Positions 1-9,823 of a stretch of 64,000 nucleotides of DNA are shown here, in pieces. Numbering within the stretch: the first letter of the stretch is position 1; each line of letters starts with the position of its first letter. The notes below the pieces were generated by a model. The model made no database searches. It was not told where the DNA came from and saw nothing but the letters and a program-made list of their open reading frames with translations. Both the position numbers and the translations under genes were made by a program. Source of the stretch: Escherichia phage NiC89; sequence record LC620505.1; one strand, given 5' to 3'.

Positions 1-1923
1 ATGAGTTATATTCAAAGACTTACAACAGGTGAAGTAGAAATGAACGTTAACGGTTCATTTGAATCATCTGGTGTTACTGCTGGAAATAGAGGAGTTCACA
101 CAACGGGCGAAATTTCATCTGGGGCTGTGAATGCGCTTCGTATTTGGAATGCAGATTATGGAGCTATTTTTAGACGTTCAGAAGGTAGTCTTCATATTAT
201 TCCAACTGCTTACGGTGAAGGTAAACACGGCGATATAGGTCCACTTCGCCCGTTTAGTATGGCTTTAGATACCGGTAAAGTTACTATTCCAGATTTACAA
301 TCAAGTTACAATACGTTTGCTGCTAACGGTTATATTAAATTTGTTGGTCATGGAGCGGGTGCTGGCGGTTATGACATTCAATATGCTCAAGCGGCTCCTA
401 TTTTCCAGGAAATTGATGATGATGCTGTAAGCAAATATTATCCTATTGTTAAACAGAAGTTTCTAAACGGTAAATCCGTTTGGTCTTTAGGTACTGAAAT
501 TAATTCAGGTACATTCGTTATTCATCATCTGAAAGAAGATGGTTCACAAGGCCATACGTCTCGTTTTAATCAAGACGGTACTGTTAACTTCCCAGATAAC
601 GTTCAGGTCGGCGGCGGTGAAGCTACTATTGCTCGCAATGGTAATATCTGGTCTGATATCTGGAAAACGTTTACTTCTGCCGGTGATACTACAAATATTC
701 GCGATGCTATTGCGACTCGTGTTTCGAAAGAAGGCGACACGATGACCGGCAAGTTGATTATTAGAAGAGATTCTGACGCTATTAACTTAGCTGCGCCTTC
801 AGCAACTGATGCAAGTTACCTTCTTTCTACTGGCGGTGGAGAAAATCAATGGTATATTGGTAAAGGCGGCGCTGATAATACCGTATCATTCTACAACTAT
901 AAAACCAATGGGGCTGTGCAAATTAACTCTATTGGTGAAATCGCGCTGATTCCACAAGGTGCTGCAACATTTAACTTTAACCGCGATCGCCTTCATATAA
1001 ACGGTACACAATGGACCGCACACCAGGCCGGCGATTGGGGAAATCAATGGCGCCAGGAAGCTCCTATATTTGTGGATTTTGGTAGTGTCGGCAATGACTG
1101 CTATTATCCTATTATTAAAGGAAAATCTGTTATTACGAATGAAGGATACACATCTGGTGTTGATTTTGGTATGCGACGCATTACTAATAACTGGGCGCAA
1201 GGTATTATTCGTGTAGGTAACCAGGAAAATGGTTCTGATCCGCAAGCTGTCTTCGAATTCCACCATAATGGAAACATGTACGTTCCTGACATGGTTAATG
1301 CTGGAGTAAGATTATCGGCTGGCGGTGGTGACCCGGTGTGGACAGGCGCATGTGTTGTTATTGGTGATAATGATACTGGATTAGTTCATGGTGGTGATGG
1401 GCGAATTAACATGGTTGCAAATGGAGTGCATATTGCTTCATGGTCGTCCGCTTACTATCTCCATGAAGGTCTTTGGGATACCACCGGTGCTTTGTGGACT
1501 GAACAAGGAAGAGCTATTATTTCTTTTGGTCATTTAGTCCAACAAAGCGATGCCTATTCCACATTTGTCCGCGATGTTTATGTCCGTTCTGATATTCGTG
1601 TTAAAAAAGACCTTGTTAAATTTGAAAATGCTTCTGAGAAGCTTTCTAAAATTAACGGTTACACTTATATGCAGAAGCGAGGCCTAGATGAAGAAGGTAA
1701 TCAGAAATGGGAACCTAACGCCGGTTTGATAGCTCAAGAAGTTCAAGCTATTTTGCCTGAATTAGTTGAAGGTGACCCTGATGGCGAAGCTTTACTTCGT
1801 TTGAACTATAACGGTGTAATTGGTTTAAATACAGCTGCAATCAATGAGCATACTGCAGAAATTGCGGAACTTAAATCAGAAATTGAAGAACTTAAAGCAT
1901 TAGTTAAATCATTGTTAAAATAA
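1..1923 (+). CDS. 37: Long tail fiber distal subunit gp37, C-terminal part; gene continues upstream of the window
   Basis: 640-aa ORF running from window edge; C-terminal ~105 aa carry an intramolecular-chaperone type motif ([10 protein letters not shown] ... [11 protein letters not shown] ... coiled-coil tail); followed directly by gene 38. The ATG at position 1 is probably not the true start. Confidence 0.75.
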   Translation: MSYIQRLTTGEVEMNVNGSFESSGVTAGNRGVHTTGEISSGAVNALRIWNADYGAIFRRSEGSLHIIPTAYGEGKHGDIGPLRPFSMALDTGKVTIPDLQSSYNTFAANGYIKFVGHGAGAGGYDIQYAQAAPIFQEIDDDAVSKYYPIVKQKFLNGKSVWSLGTEINSGTFVIHHLKEDGSQGHTSRFNQDGTVNFPDNVQVGGGEATIARNGNIWSDIWKTFTSAGDTTNIRDAIATRVSKEGDTMTGKLIIRRDSDAINLAAPSATDASYLLSTGGGENQWYIGKGGADNTVSFYNYKTNGAVQINSIGEIALIPQGAATFNFNRDRLHINGTQWTAHQAGDWGNQWRQEAPIFVDFGSVGNDCYYPIIKGKSVITNEGYTSGVDFGMRRITNNWAQGIIRVGNQENGSDPQAVFEFHHNGNMYVPDMVNAGVRLSAGGGDPVWTGACVVIGDNDTGLVHGGDGRINMVANGVHIASWSSAYYLHEGLWDTTGALWTEQGRAIISFGHLVQQSDAYSTFVRDVYVRSDIRVKKDLVKFENASEKLSKINGYTYMQKRGLDEEGNQKWEPNAGLIAQEVQAILPELVEGDPDGEALLRLNYNGVIGLNTAAINEHTAEIAELKSEIEELKALVKSLLK

Positions 1924-1926
1924 TAA

Positions 1927-1944
1927 GAGGGGCTTCGGCCCCTT
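1927..1944 (+). terminator. GC-rich hairpin with TTCG loop (gaggggc-ttcg-gcccctt) after gene 37 stop
   Basis: Perfect stem with UUCG tetraloop on the sense strand, 4 nt after the TAA; overlaps the gene 38 ribosome-binding region. Confidence 0.45.
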
Positions 1945-1954
1945 GGAGGTTTAT

Positions 1955-2731
1955 ATGGCAGTAACAGGACCGTGGGTAGGATCATCTGCAGTAGTTAATA
2001 CAGGACAAAATTGGATGGTTGGCGCGGCCCAACGATTAAGAATGGGTGCTCCATTTTGGATGAGTAATATGATAGGTCGATCTGTTGAAGTAATTCATAC
2101 ACTTGGAGCAGATCATAACTTCAATGGTCAATGGTTCCGAGATAGATGTTTTGAGGCAGGTAGTGCACCTATAGTGTTTAATATCACTGGAGATTTAGTA
2201 TCATATTCTAAAGATGTTCCTTTATTCTTCATGTATGGAGATACACCGAATGAATATGTTCAGTTGAATATACACGGCGTAACGATGTATGGACGTGGCG
2301 GTAATGGTGGTAGCAATAGTCCTGGTTCAGCTGGGGGCCATTGTATTCAAAATGATATTGGTGGGAGACTAAGAATTAATAATGGTGGAGCTATTGCTGG
2401 AGGTGGCGGCGGTGGCGGCGGCGGATATTATTCTCCTTTTTCACAAATGAGATTGACTTTTGGAGGTGGCGGCGGGCGTCCGTTTGGCGCACCGGGCGGA
2501 TCTATTGATATGCAATCAGGAGCAACTGCTGGTACTATTTCTGCGCCAGGCGCAGGGTCTGTGAACGGTATCTATAGCGGCGGTGGCGGCGGCGAAGTTG
2601 GCTCCGCAGGAGGTAGATGTAATATTCGTGGTCAAGGATCTGAATACGATGGCGGAGCTGCTGGTTATGCCGTCATAGGGTCTACACCGACATGGCAAAA
2701 CGTTGGAGCAATATATGGTCCAAGAGTATAA
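1955..2731 (+). CDS. 38: gp38 receptor-recognising adhesin, T2-type, with glycine-rich motifs
   Basis: ORF track 1943..2731 (262 aa, TTG start); ATG at 1955 preceded by GGAGG. Four poly-Gly blocks ([38 protein letters not shown]) separating variable segments, as in T2-type gp38. Position after gene 37. Confidence 0.8.
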   Translation: MAVTGPWVGSSAVVNTGQNWMVGAAQRLRMGAPFWMSNMIGRSVEVIHTLGADHNFNGQWFRDRCFEAGSAPIVFNITGDLVSYSKDVPLFFMYGDTPNEYVQLNIHGVTMYGRGGNGGSNSPGSAGGHCIQNDIGGRLRINNGGAIAGGGGGGGGGYYSPFSQMRLTFGGGGGRPFGAPGGSIDMQSGATAGTISAPGAGSVNGIYSGGGGGEVGSAGGRCNIRGQGSEYDGGAAGYAVIGSTPTWQNVGAIYGPRV

Positions 2732-2761
2732 TTTGAATAAATATCCTTAAAAGGAGGGTCT

Positions 2762-3418
2762 ATGGCAGCACCTAGAATATCATTTTCGCCCTCTGATATT
2801 CTATTTGGTGTTCTAGATCGCTTGTTCAAAGATAACGCTACCGGGAAAGTTCTTGCTTCCCGGGTAGCTGTCGTAATTCTTTTGTTTATGATGGCGATTG
2901 TTTGGTATAGGGGAGATAGTTTCTTTGAGTACTATAAGCAATCAAAGTATGAAACATACAGTGAAATTATTGAAAAGGAAAGAAATGCACGCTTTGAATC
3001 TGTCGCCCTGGAACAACTCCAGATAGTTCACATATCATCTGAGGCAGACTTTAGTGCGGTGTATTCTTTCCGCCCTAAAAACTTAAACTATTTTGTCGAT
3101 ATTATAGCATATGAAGGAAAATTACCTTCAACAATAAGTGAAAAATCACTTGGAGGATATCCTGTTGATAAAACTATGGATGAATATGCAGTTCATTTAA
3201 ATGGACGTCATTATTATTCTGATTCAAAATTTGCTTTTTTACCAACTAAAAAGCCTACTCCCGAAATAAATTACATGTACAGTTGTCCATATTTTAATTT
3301 GGATAATATCTATGCTGGAACAATAACCATGTACTGGTATAGAAATGATCATATAAGTAATGACCGCCTTGAATCAATATGTGCTCAGGCGGCCAGAATA
3401 TTAGGAAGGGCTAAATAA
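2762..3418 (+). CDS. t: Holin T
   Basis: 218 aa, same length as T4 holin; N-terminal TM segment then large periplasmic domain; AAAAGGAGGG RBS; position after gene 38. Confidence 0.85.
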   Translation: MAAPRISFSPSDILFGVLDRLFKDNATGKVLASRVAVVILLFMMAIVWYRGDSFFEYYKQSKYETYSEIIEKERNARFESVALEQLQIVHISSEADFSAVYSFRPKNLNYFVDIIAYEGKLPSTISEKSLGGYPVDKTMDEYAVHLNGRHYYSDSKFAFLPTKKPTPEINYMYSCPYFNLDNIYAGTITMYWYRNDHISNDRLESICAQAARILGRAK

Positions 3419-3691
3419 TTATTTGTTTGTATACATTTCTAAATATCTATATACACCCTCAAAACCCTCGTTGAATTCGTCGATGAGGGTTTTCTTATCT
3501 TCTTGAGTTAATTCAGAAACAATTTTACGGAATGAATTCTGATTTAATTTTCTACCTTCATGCATTACTCCAATCTCATTCAGAAATGCAATAAAATTAG
3601 CACGATTCTCAACAATATCTTCTCTGGAAAATTTAATCAAAATAGACGCAACAGTAATAATTTCACGAACTGTATCAATATTTTTATTCAT
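3419..3691 (-). CDS. asiA: Anti-sigma70 factor AsiA
   Basis: 90 aa; sequence MNKNIDTVREIITVASILIKFSRED... matches remembered T4 AsiA; position between t and motA. Confidence 0.85.
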   Translation of the reverse strand: MNKNIDTVREIITVASILIKFSREDIVENRANFIAFLNEIGVMHEGRKLNQNSFRKIVSELTQEDKKTLIDEFNEGFEGVYRYLEMYTNK

Positions 3692-3703
3692 TAACTATAC
3701 CAC

Positions 3704-3856
3704 TCAATTAGTTGACTTTGTTATAATATCATCAGACACTTGATTTGTAAACTGGTCTGTGTTATTTTCTTCAAAAATTTTTTCTACGAATTCCTTGAAC
3801 GACTTACGTTCCTGAGCTACATTATGCTCGATTACTTTTTCAAGATTATGACTCAT
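3704..3856 (-). CDS. Hypothetical 50-aa protein (not in supplied ORF track)
   Basis: Hand-translated ORF MSHNLEKVIEHNVAQERKSF...; its ATG overlaps the stop of the upstream gene (ATGA). Confidence 0.35.
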   Translation of the reverse strand: MSHNLEKVIEHNVAQERKSFKEFVEKIFEENNTDQFTNQVSDDIITKSTN

Positions 3857-4131
3857 TCGAAATAATCTTCAATTTCATAATCATGGACATAAATCATTAT
3901 AGTTTTTAATACATCATCAATACTTTTTCCTGGAGCTGGAATTACGTAAAAATATCCTGCTTTTGAGAGGTCTTTATAAGTTCCAATCAAGAAATCATTA
4001 TTCTCAAGATGTAGTTCTTCAACTAATTCATTAACAATTGAGTGGTATAAATTTGGTAGAAACTTATATAGCTTTTCTAGAATATCAATTTTGATTGTGT
4101 ATTGAACCACAGACTGAGAATCAATAATCAT
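3853..4131 (-). CDS. arn: Putative Arn (anti-restriction, McrBC inhibitor) homologue
   Basis: 92 aa, same length as T4 Arn; acidic; position between asiA and motA. Identity rests on size and synteny only. Confidence 0.45.
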   Translation of the reverse strand: MIIDSQSVVQYTIKIDILEKLYKFLPNLYHSIVNELVEELHLENNDFLIGTYKDLSKAGYFYVIPAPGKSIDDVLKTIMIYVHDYEIEDYFE

Positions 4132-4214
4132 AGACCTTCCCCTTATGTTTCTGTTTGCGATTAGATTCTTTAAACGCTTTCTTCTTATCCTTATGAACAG
4201 AAGCTTTATTAAAA

Positions 4215-4433
4215 TTATGTTTTGCGACTAAATTGTTCATAGTGCTGAATTACCTCTCTTAAACATTTGCATGTGAATGAAAACTTTTTAGCTACACCGC
4301 ATTCAAATATATGTTCTCTTAAATCACGTGTATCAGTATATCCCATCTCAACAATAAAATGCCTTATTAGATTTTTATCTTTATCATTGAGAGAATTAAA
4401 ATAATCAGATTTTGAATTAATTTCCCTGGCCAA
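4215..4433 (-). CDS. Hypothetical protein (arn-motA block)
   Basis: 72-aa ORF in operon-like array, overlapping neighbour ends. Confidence 0.5.
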   Translation of the reverse strand: MAREINSKSDYFNSLNDKDKNLIRHFIVEMGYTDTRDLREHIFECGVAKKFSFTCKCLREVIQHYEQFSRKT

Positions 4434-4713
4434 ATTGAATCACCTTCAGTTGACGTTTTAATTCTTTTATCATTTCTTCGTTCATCGCAATATAAAGATC
4501 GCGTAAAGCAGGTTTTAGCATTCCATTTACCGGAGAACTAAATGGGCATACATAATCTTTTCCTACAAGCTTTTTGGTAAATTCCATATCACAAAATTTA
4601 AATGCTGGCTCATTCGCATAAATTCCCCAATTAGTTGACATCATTTTATTGGCATATTCCAGTGCCTGAATTTGATTCATAATTCCATCGATTTGAAACT
4701 TTTTAATATTCAT
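4417..4713 (-). CDS. Hypothetical protein (arn-motA block)
   Basis: 98-aa ORF, tightly packed with neighbours. Confidence 0.5.
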   Translation of the reverse strand: MNIKKFQIDGIMNQIQALEYANKMMSTNWGIYANEPAFKFCDMEFTKKLVGKDYVCPFSSPVNGMLKPALRDLYIAMNEEMIKELKRQLKVIQFGQGN

Positions 4714-5174
4714 TAGTAAAGGTCCTCAGAGTAAAGTTCTTTTTCACTGCCACCACGTTCAATACGTACTTGTCCAGCGTAAGTTGCAATAATCATTGCT
4801 TCTTCACGTGTCCAATAATTACTGTATTGGTCAATAAACCCTTGGTCATCATCACAAACTTGTTGAGTAACTAATTGAGGTTTAACTACATCTAAAACTT
4901 CTGCCATATCTTTAGAATAATGACGAGCACCAGGAATAACAAGAGTTCGTCCATCTTTTAATTTAAAACGGTTGGCTGCACAGACAATTCGTCGTTGATA
5001 CTTTTGGTTTTCATCCCAATACGCAGTCTGCCAACATATTTCAGGAACTTCATCTAAAACATTTTGTTCTGTATATTCACCGCCGTAAGAAGCTAATTTA
5101 GCAGCCAGACTTTCCGGAGTCTCACGCAACAAAGCTTTATCTAACAGAGCTAAACGTTCTTTAAAAGTTTTCAT
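4713..5174 (-). CDS. Hypothetical protein (arn-motA block)
   Basis: 153-aa ORF; start/stop overlap with neighbours. Confidence 0.55.
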   Translation of the reverse strand: MKTFKERLALLDKALLRETPESLAAKLASYGGEYTEQNVLDEVPEICWQTAYWDENQKYQRRIVCAANRFKLKDGRTLVIPGARHYSKDMAEVLDVVKPQLVTQQVCDDDQGFIDQYSNYWTREEAMIIATYAGQVRIERGGSEKELYSEDLY

Positions 5175-5500
5175 TTAAACCATCCTTTAATACGTTGCCA
5201 CAAAGTTTTCTGTTGAGCTTTGTTAACACCAATTGAGCGAATAACTGGTTGAGATTCCTGGAATTCTTTATAATCGGCAAGGTAAATTTCGTAAGCTGCA
5301 TCTGTAAAGGAACTTATCGCTGCCATGAAATTATTGCGAATACCTATTGGAGCATCTTTACTTTCACGAATAATCATGTATTTACCAGTCTTAATCTTTA
5401 CAATAGTTCCAAGATAAGCTCCATGGTACCAAATATCCCAACCCTCTTGAGTAGGTTCTGCACAACGACGAAGTTCATTGACAATTTCTAACTTGTTCAT
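5171..5500 (-). CDS. Hypothetical protein (arn-motA block)
   Basis: 109-aa ORF immediately downstream of motA. Confidence 0.55.
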   Translation of the reverse strand: MNKLEIVNELRRCAEPTQEGWDIWYHGAYLGTIVKIKTGKYMIIRESKDAPIGIRNNFMAAISSFTDAAYEIYLADYKEFQESQPVIRSIGVNKAQQKTLWQRIKGWFK

Positions 5501-5510
5501 TATTTATTCC

Positions 5511-6146
5511 TCACAGTTCAGATGCTACAGTGATTACAGCTTCAATGTTTTCTGCCGAGCGTTTAATGTCAAGATACACATTACCGTTTTTAGCGATTTT
5601 ACATGACATTCCGATATCAGTAAATTTCTGAATATGATGTTCCATCATTTTGTATCCAAAAATTCGCATATTTCCATTGTTGTTAATTTCAAAATTACGA
5701 ATTCCGTGAGTACGTTTTTCTAAAATAGCGAGATAGTTACTACGATAAGTTTCAACCTTTTTAAGAACAAATCCATTTTCATCTAAAAGTTTTAACATGA
5801 AGTCTTTATCTTCTTCCATATCAGAAGTAATCTCACGAGCTTTACGAGTTGCTCGTTTTTTCAGTAGTTCCGGAGCATTTTCCTGTGCGTATAAAGTTGC
5901 TGCGTTTGAAATAATATCCTGAGCTTCACCAGTAATGATTAATCCATCACCAGATTTCTCCACCAGGCCTTTTTTAATCAATACCCCAATATTACTATTA
6001 ACTACTGCGTTACCTAAATCTGGATGCACCTCACGAACTTCTGCAGCTGTAATGAAATCTTTCTTAGCAATAGTAATTAAAATCGCAGCAGTTTTTTCAT
6101 TCAGAACATCGTTAGAAGCTTTGATGATGTAAGTTACTTTAGACAT
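5511..6146 (-). CDS. motA: Middle-transcription activator MotA
   Basis: 211 aa, same length as T4 MotA; sequence MSKVTYIIKASNDVLNEKTAAIL... recognised; early promoter just upstream. Confidence 0.85.
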   Translation of the reverse strand: MSKVTYIIKASNDVLNEKTAAILITIAKKDFITAAEVREVHPDLGNAVVNSNIGVLIKKGLVEKSGDGLIITGEAQDIISNAATLYAQENAPELLKKRATRKAREITSDMEEDKDFMLKLLDENGFVLKKVETYRSNYLAILEKRTHGIRNFEINNNGNMRIFGYKMMEHHIQKFTDIGMSCKIAKNGNVYLDIKRSAENIEAVITVASEL

Positions 6147-6187
6147 TTTCTAATCTCCGTAATTCTGTATCAGTAGTTGATAGTTGT

Positions 6188-6217
6188 ATAGTACCACAGT
6201 ATGCTTTGGTTGTAAAC
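6188..6217 (-). promoter_or_regulatory. T4-type early promoter upstream of motA
   Basis: On - strand: GTTTAC (6212-6217), 18-bp spacer, TGGTACTAT -10 (6188-6196); conserved leader ending in GGAG before motA ATG. Confidence 0.6.
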
Positions 6218-6251
6218 CGTTTTGTGAAAAAAAAAAAATTAAAATAAAAAA

Positions 6252-6271
6252 GGGAGAGCCGAGGCTCTCCC
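6252..6271 (-). terminator. Hairpin (gggagagc-cgag-gctctccc) followed by U-run on - strand transcript
   Basis: 8-bp GC-rich stem, then rc of aaaataaaaaa gives a U-tract; lies 3' of gene 52 and a small ORF. Confidence 0.5.
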
Positions 6272-6276
6272 TAAAA

Positions 6277-6426
6277 TTACTGCATGACTGTGATAACTGT
6301 CATGATAACACGTTGAATTCCGAACGCAAGAAGACCTCCTGCTACGGCTGGAACAACACCTAAACCCGTCAGTAAAATGCTACCGGATACTAATGCAGCG
6401 CTTGTAATACCTATGAATGGACTCAT
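6277..6426 (-). CDS. Small hydrophobic protein, 49 aa (not in ORF track)
   Basis: MSPFIGITSALVSGSILLTGLGVVPAVAGGLLAFGIQRVIMTVITVMQ; ATG overlaps gene 52 stop (ATGA). Confidence 0.35.
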   Translation of the reverse strand: MSPFIGITSAALVSGSILLTGLGVVPAVAGGLLAFGIQRVIMTVITVMQ

Positions 6427-7751
6427 TTGATTTCCTCTAAATCTTTGGTGTATTCTGTAACTACATTAGTAGTTTTCCAATATTCGTTTTCTTCTTTTTT
6501 AGCTTTAGCTTCTTCAGCAAGTTTCTTTGCTTCGTCGGAAGTCATATGAAAAATATTCATTCCAACTAATTTATCAACATAAGAAGAATACATCTCAATT
6601 TTAGAAAGTTCTTCGGTCAGTTCTTTGCGAGTTTTACCCTGTACAACGATTTCACCTGAAATTACTTTCTTAATGAAATGTGCCTTGGCAAAGGCTAAAC
6701 GAAATGCTGATTCAGTTTCTTTGATTTTGTTATCAATTCGTTTTTGGACATAAGTTTTACGAACTTCAACAAAGTCTTTAATTAAATCAACTACGTTATC
6801 GTAAACTTGCAGCTTTCCTTTCTCATTAATGACTGTAATATTTTGGGAACGACGCTCAATCAACCCGAAGTCTTTCATGATTTTTGCATGGCGTTCTTCT
6901 TCGTTATCACTCAAAGCGTATTCTTTGCGGAATTTAACTTTAAAGCCAAAGCCATGCTCACCACAAGCATCATCCCACGTAATGAAGCCTTTATCTTCAA
7001 GTGGGTCTAAGATTTTACTCACATAAGTTTCACGATCATACTTATACGGAATCTCAGTGATATGCATTTGAGTTCGTGAAGTAAACTTATATGTTCCACG
7101 AATTTCATATTGTCCATCAATTTCAACGACTTCACCGCGAAATTCTGGGAATTCTACCTTCGGTTTAGTTACTTTCTTTCCTTGAAGAACTTGTAATACA
7201 GCTTTCTTGACAGAAGAAACACTATGAGGAAGAATGTAAGTTGCATAACCAGTTGCAATACCGGAAACACCATTAAGAAGAACAGTAGGAATAATAGGCA
7301 AATAGAAAGTAGGCGGAATGTGTTCTTTATCTTGATGTACCGGAGCATATTCAGTATCTTTATATACGTTATAGAAATTTTTACTTACACGAGCAAAAAT
7401 ATAACGACTTGCTGCTGCTTTTTGGACGGTACGAGAACCAAAGTTTCCTTGACCATCTAACAGAGGAAAGTTATTATTCCAAGTGTTAGCCATCAAAGCA
7501 CCTGCGTCTTGTGCAGAGTTTTCGCCATGGTGATATCCAAGGTCCGCTACACCACCTGCAATAGAAGCGAGTTTGTGAAACTTATCTTTATTTCCTCGTG
7601 CCAAATCAAGAGCTCGAGCAATAACAAATCGTTGAACTGGCTTAAATCCATCAATCATATTTGGAATAGCACGATTTTCAACCGTGTACATAGCATAAGC
7701 CAATGCTTCATTATCAATGATACTTTTTAAATCGCGATTATTCAGTTGCAT
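6423..7751 (-). CDS. 52: DNA topoisomerase II medium subunit gp52 (GyrA-like)
   Basis: 442 aa, same length as T4 gp52; GyrA-type N-terminal motifs (AIPNMIDGFKPVQRFVI...). Confidence 0.9.
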   Translation of the reverse strand: MQLNNRDLKSIIDNEALAYAMYTVENRAIPNMIDGFKPVQRFVIARALDLARGNKDKFHKLASIAGGVADLGYHHGENSAQDAGALMANTWNNNFPLLDGQGNFGSRTVQKAAASRYIFARVSKNFYNVYKDTEYAPVHQDKEHIPPTFYLPIIPTVLLNGVSGIATGYATYILPHSVSSVKKAVLQVLQGKKVTKPKVEFPEFRGEVVEIDGQYEIRGTYKFTSRTQMHITEIPYKYDRETYVSKILDPLEDKGFITWDDACGEHGFGFKVKFRKEYALSDNEEERHAKIMKDFGLIERRSQNITVINEKGKLQVYDNVVDLIKDFVEVRKTYVQKRIDNKIKETESAFRLAFAKAHFIKKVISGEIVVQGKTRKELTEELSKIEMYSSYVDKLVGMNIFHMTSDEAKKLAEEAKAKKEENEYWKTTNVVTEYTKDLEEIK

Positions 7752-7755
7752 AAAT

Positions 7756-7896
7756 TTACCATACTAGTGAATGTAGTGCCATAATAACATCAGAAATGAA
7801 AAGCACGACTTGAATTAATCCGAACATTACTCCATAATATAGTGCTACTAATAAAGCAGCAAGGGCTAATGAATAGCCCAAGATTTTCTTAATCAT
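7756..7896 (-). CDS. Small membrane protein, 46 aa (52.1-like by position)
   Basis: Hand-translated MIKKILGYSLALAALLVALYYGVMFGLIQVVLF...; overlaps next ORF by ATGATTAA. Confidence 0.35.
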   Translation of the reverse strand: MIKKILGYSLALAALLVALYYGVMFGLIQVVLFISDVIMALHSLVW

Positions 7897-8041
7897 TTTT
7901 ATTTAATAGCCAAAACAATAATAAAATTGCTAATACGCCTTGAGCTGTTGCTTGTAAAAATACTGAAGTTTCTCCAGTTATTACTGTTCCGGCGAATAAA
8001 AAGGACCAGCAGAAAAAGGCTATACCATAAACAAATTTCAT
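7889..8041 (-). CDS. Small membrane protein, 50 aa (possible ac homologue by size and position)
   Basis: Hand-translated MKFVYGIAFFCWSFLFAGTVITGETSVFLQATAQGVLAILLLFWLLNKND. Confidence 0.35.
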   Translation of the reverse strand: MKFVYGIAFFCWSFLFAGTVITGETSVFLQATAQGVLAILLLFWLLNKND

Positions 8042-8051
8042 ATTTTCCTCA

Positions 8052-8129
8052 TTAGCGTCCGAAGACGCCTTTAGTTTTAAAATTATTACGATAGAACTGC
8101 ATCACATGTTCGTTATGGAAATTACTCAT
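8052..8129 (-). CDS. stp: Stp peptide (suppressor of three-prime phosphatase; PrrC anticodon-nuclease trigger)
   Basis: 25-aa [28 protein letters not shown] closely matches remembered T4 Stp; TAATG overlap with upstream gene; GCGTC-CGAA-GACGC hairpin in its 3' end. Confidence 0.6.
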   Translation of the reverse strand: MSNFHNEHVMQFYRNNFKTKGVFGR

Positions 8130-8572
8130 TAATATGCCTGCAAAACGAATTTAAAGTTATCAGCCAACATACGGTTCATTTCTTCAAGTGTTTGATACTC
8201 AGAATGATGATTACGAGTAAACGCTAAAGCTAACTGACCTTTACCAAATCCCGTCGTCAGAGGTTTCATCTTAGAAGCAGGCAGATAAAATACTGTGTAT
8301 GCCATATTGTTATTTGCAATAGTACGCGCAAGCTGAGACCGGCGTTGACGAATATGACTTAGAACTGCGCTGAATCCTTGCTTAGAACGCTGATTACCAA
8401 CATAAAATCGTGCAGACACACATGAACCATCGAATTCACTTACTAAAAAGTAAAATCCAGGTTTAGACAAAATGTCTTTATGCGGAGTTCCCAAAAACCA
8501 CTCACCGCCCTTGATTGTACCAATAACAGTAGCGCCTGCATTATTCAGATCAGTAACAGTCATATATTTCAT
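8129..8572 (-). CDS. ndd: Ndd-like protein (nucleoid disruption), size and position only
   Basis: ORF track 163 aa; GAGGAA RBS favours internal Met giving 147 aa (T4 Ndd 151 aa); lies directly upstream of stp as in T4. Confidence 0.4.
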   Translation of the reverse strand: MKYMTVTDLNNAGATVIGTIKGGEWFLGTPHKDILSKPGFYFLVSEFDGSCVSARFYVGNQRSKQGFSAVLSHIRQRRSQLARTIANNNMAYTVFYLPASKMKPLTTGFGKGQLALAFTRNHHSEYQTLEEMNRMLADNFKFVLQAY

Positions 8573-8632
8573 ATTAATTTCCTCTAAATTATTTTCTACT
8601 CCAAGGCCGCATGAATACACACGGCCATTAAA

Positions 8633-8848
8633 TTACTCGTCGCAGTCGACGCTCAATTCCCAGAATTCTTCTACGGTATAAGTTTCAGTATCATTTTCAA
8701 TACAGAAACGTTCATTACTATTATTTGCTAAAGTAGCATTAACTGTCGGTTTCTCGCTAGTGCTCTTAAGAGGTGAAATACGAATTAACTGATCACCGTT
8801 ATCTAAACAAAAAATTTCACCAACTTTTACATCTTTAAAACTTTTCAT
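8633..8848 (-). CDS. Hypothetical protein (ndd-denB block)
   Basis: 71-aa ORF. Confidence 0.45.
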   Translation of the reverse strand: MKSFKDVKVGEIFCLDNGDQLIRISPLKSTSEKPTVNATLANNSNERFCIENDTETYTVEEFWELSVDCDE

Positions 8849-8963
8849 AATTCACCTCAAGGAGTATAAAATCCGAATGCAGTTGTTGACCATCCCATCC
8901 AATATGGAAAATTTGCACCAATGTAAAACATAAGAATATAAAACCAAATGTTTAGTAAATTCA

Positions 8964-9182
8964 TTATTTTACACCATTCCAAATTGTTTCAACTACAGAT
9001 TTTAAACCGTTTTGATGAATATCCATTCCGACTACCGCCATCAAATAGATTCCAACTACAACTGAACCTAAGGCAAAAATCAGCATAAAAATGAATAAAG
9101 CCGGAAAAATATTATCGAAAAACCATTCAATAAATGTAAAAGCACTGCGTTTACGCTTCATATTTTCCTCACATAAATCCAA
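8964..9182 (-). CDS. Hypothetical membrane protein (ndd-denB block)
   Basis: 72-aa ORF with a long hydrophobic segment. Confidence 0.45.
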   Translation of the reverse strand: MDLCEENMKRKRSAFTFIEWFFDNIFPALFIFMLIFALGSVVVGIYLMAVVGMDIHQNGLKSVVETIWNGVK

Positions 9183-9282
9183 AGTAAACGTTTAATACAT
9201 CAATCATTAAAACGATTGGGAATATACTCAAAACTACTAGTATTATAACTACATTCCATATAGCTTTAACAATCTTTTTCAT
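9169..9282 (-). CDS. Small membrane peptide, 37 aa
   Basis: MKKIVKAIWNVVIILVVLSIFPIVLMIDVLNVYFGFM preceded by GGAGGAACAGAAA; the longer track ORF 9169..9417 runs through the promoter and is rejected. Confidence 0.4.
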   Translation of the reverse strand: MKKIVKAIWNVVIILVVLSIFPIVLMIDVLNVYFGFM

Positions 9283-9310
9283 TTTCTGTTCCTCCGTAGT
9301 TGATAGGGTA

Positions 9311-9340
9311 ATAGTACCACGGAAGAACAGTCTTGTAAAC
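9311..9340 (-). promoter_or_regulatory. T4-type early promoter
   Basis: GTTTAC (9335-9340), 18-bp spacer, TGGTACTAT (9311-9319); leader ACGGAGGAACAGAAAATG. Confidence 0.55.
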
Positions 9341-9525
9341 AACTTTTTTAAAAATATTCGTAATAAATGTGAATACCAACTACTACCGCTGAAACCTGCG
9401 CAACCCACCACGCGCAAGCAATAAGTACAGAATTCAAAATTTTCATAATAACCTCATTACAAAAGTAAATGTTAAACAAATTAATGGAATACTAATTAAC
9501 CAAACGAAACACCACCATAATGAAC

Positions 9526-9789
9526 TCATAGCTCAATCTCAGCGATTTTCATTTCATTACTATTAATAGCCGCTTTAAGACTATCTGAAAGAATTACATT
9601 CCAGTGGTCATTCATATGACCATTAACTAAGCGTGTAATTTCTTCAGGAGTTGAAAAATAAGGCTGATCAGACTCCCAATGCGATAATCCTAAGCGAGTA
9701 TAAATCATGCCTTCATCATCACTAGAATATTCAACTGACACAAACTCATCAGTTATTTTATGCTTAGCATAATAAAATTTAAATTTCAT
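9526..9789 (-). CDS. Hypothetical protein, 87 aa
   Basis: Track ORF MESKMKFKF...; true start taken at MKFKFYY after the conserved GGAGAGTAAAATG leader. Confidence 0.5.
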   Translation of the reverse strand: MKFKFYYAKHKITDEFVSVEYSSDDEGMIYTRLGLSHWESDQPYFSTPEEITRLVNGHMNDHWNVILSDSLKAAINSNEMKIAEIEL

Positions 9790-9823
9790 TTTACTCTCCA
9801 AATCCGTATCAGTTGATAGTTGT

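Noticed and set aside
1-3. ATG at window position 1 as the start of gene 37
   Set aside because: gp37 proteins are roughly 1000 aa or more and the N-terminus here does not look like a tail-fiber N-terminus; the gene almost certainly begins upstream of the window.
2280-2640. Glycine-codon repeats (ggtggcggcggc) as a possible simple tandem repeat or CRISPR-like array
   Set aside because: They encode the polyglycine blocks of gp38 and are in frame; no spacer/repeat periodicity.
2700-2761. Late promoter for holin t (GAATAAATA upstream of the ATG)
   Set aside because: Only a 7/8 match to TATAAATA; plausible but not distinguishable from chance in AT-rich sequence, so not listed as a feature.
8129-8620. 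GIY-YIG-like pattern (GFYF ... FYVG ... H) suggesting a homing endonuclease
   Set aside because: Spacing and surrounding residues do not fit the GIY-YIG fold well; size and position fit Ndd better. Pattern judged coincidental.
9169-9417. N-terminal extensions of track ORFs reading GTIxLSTTEE or MENKM (9169..9417, 61987..62574, 58542..59594, 36800..37048, 17471..17752, 62979..63959)
   Set aside because: These residues are the translation of the conserved early-promoter cassette and leader; true starts are the downstream Met following the GGAG Shine-Dalgarno.
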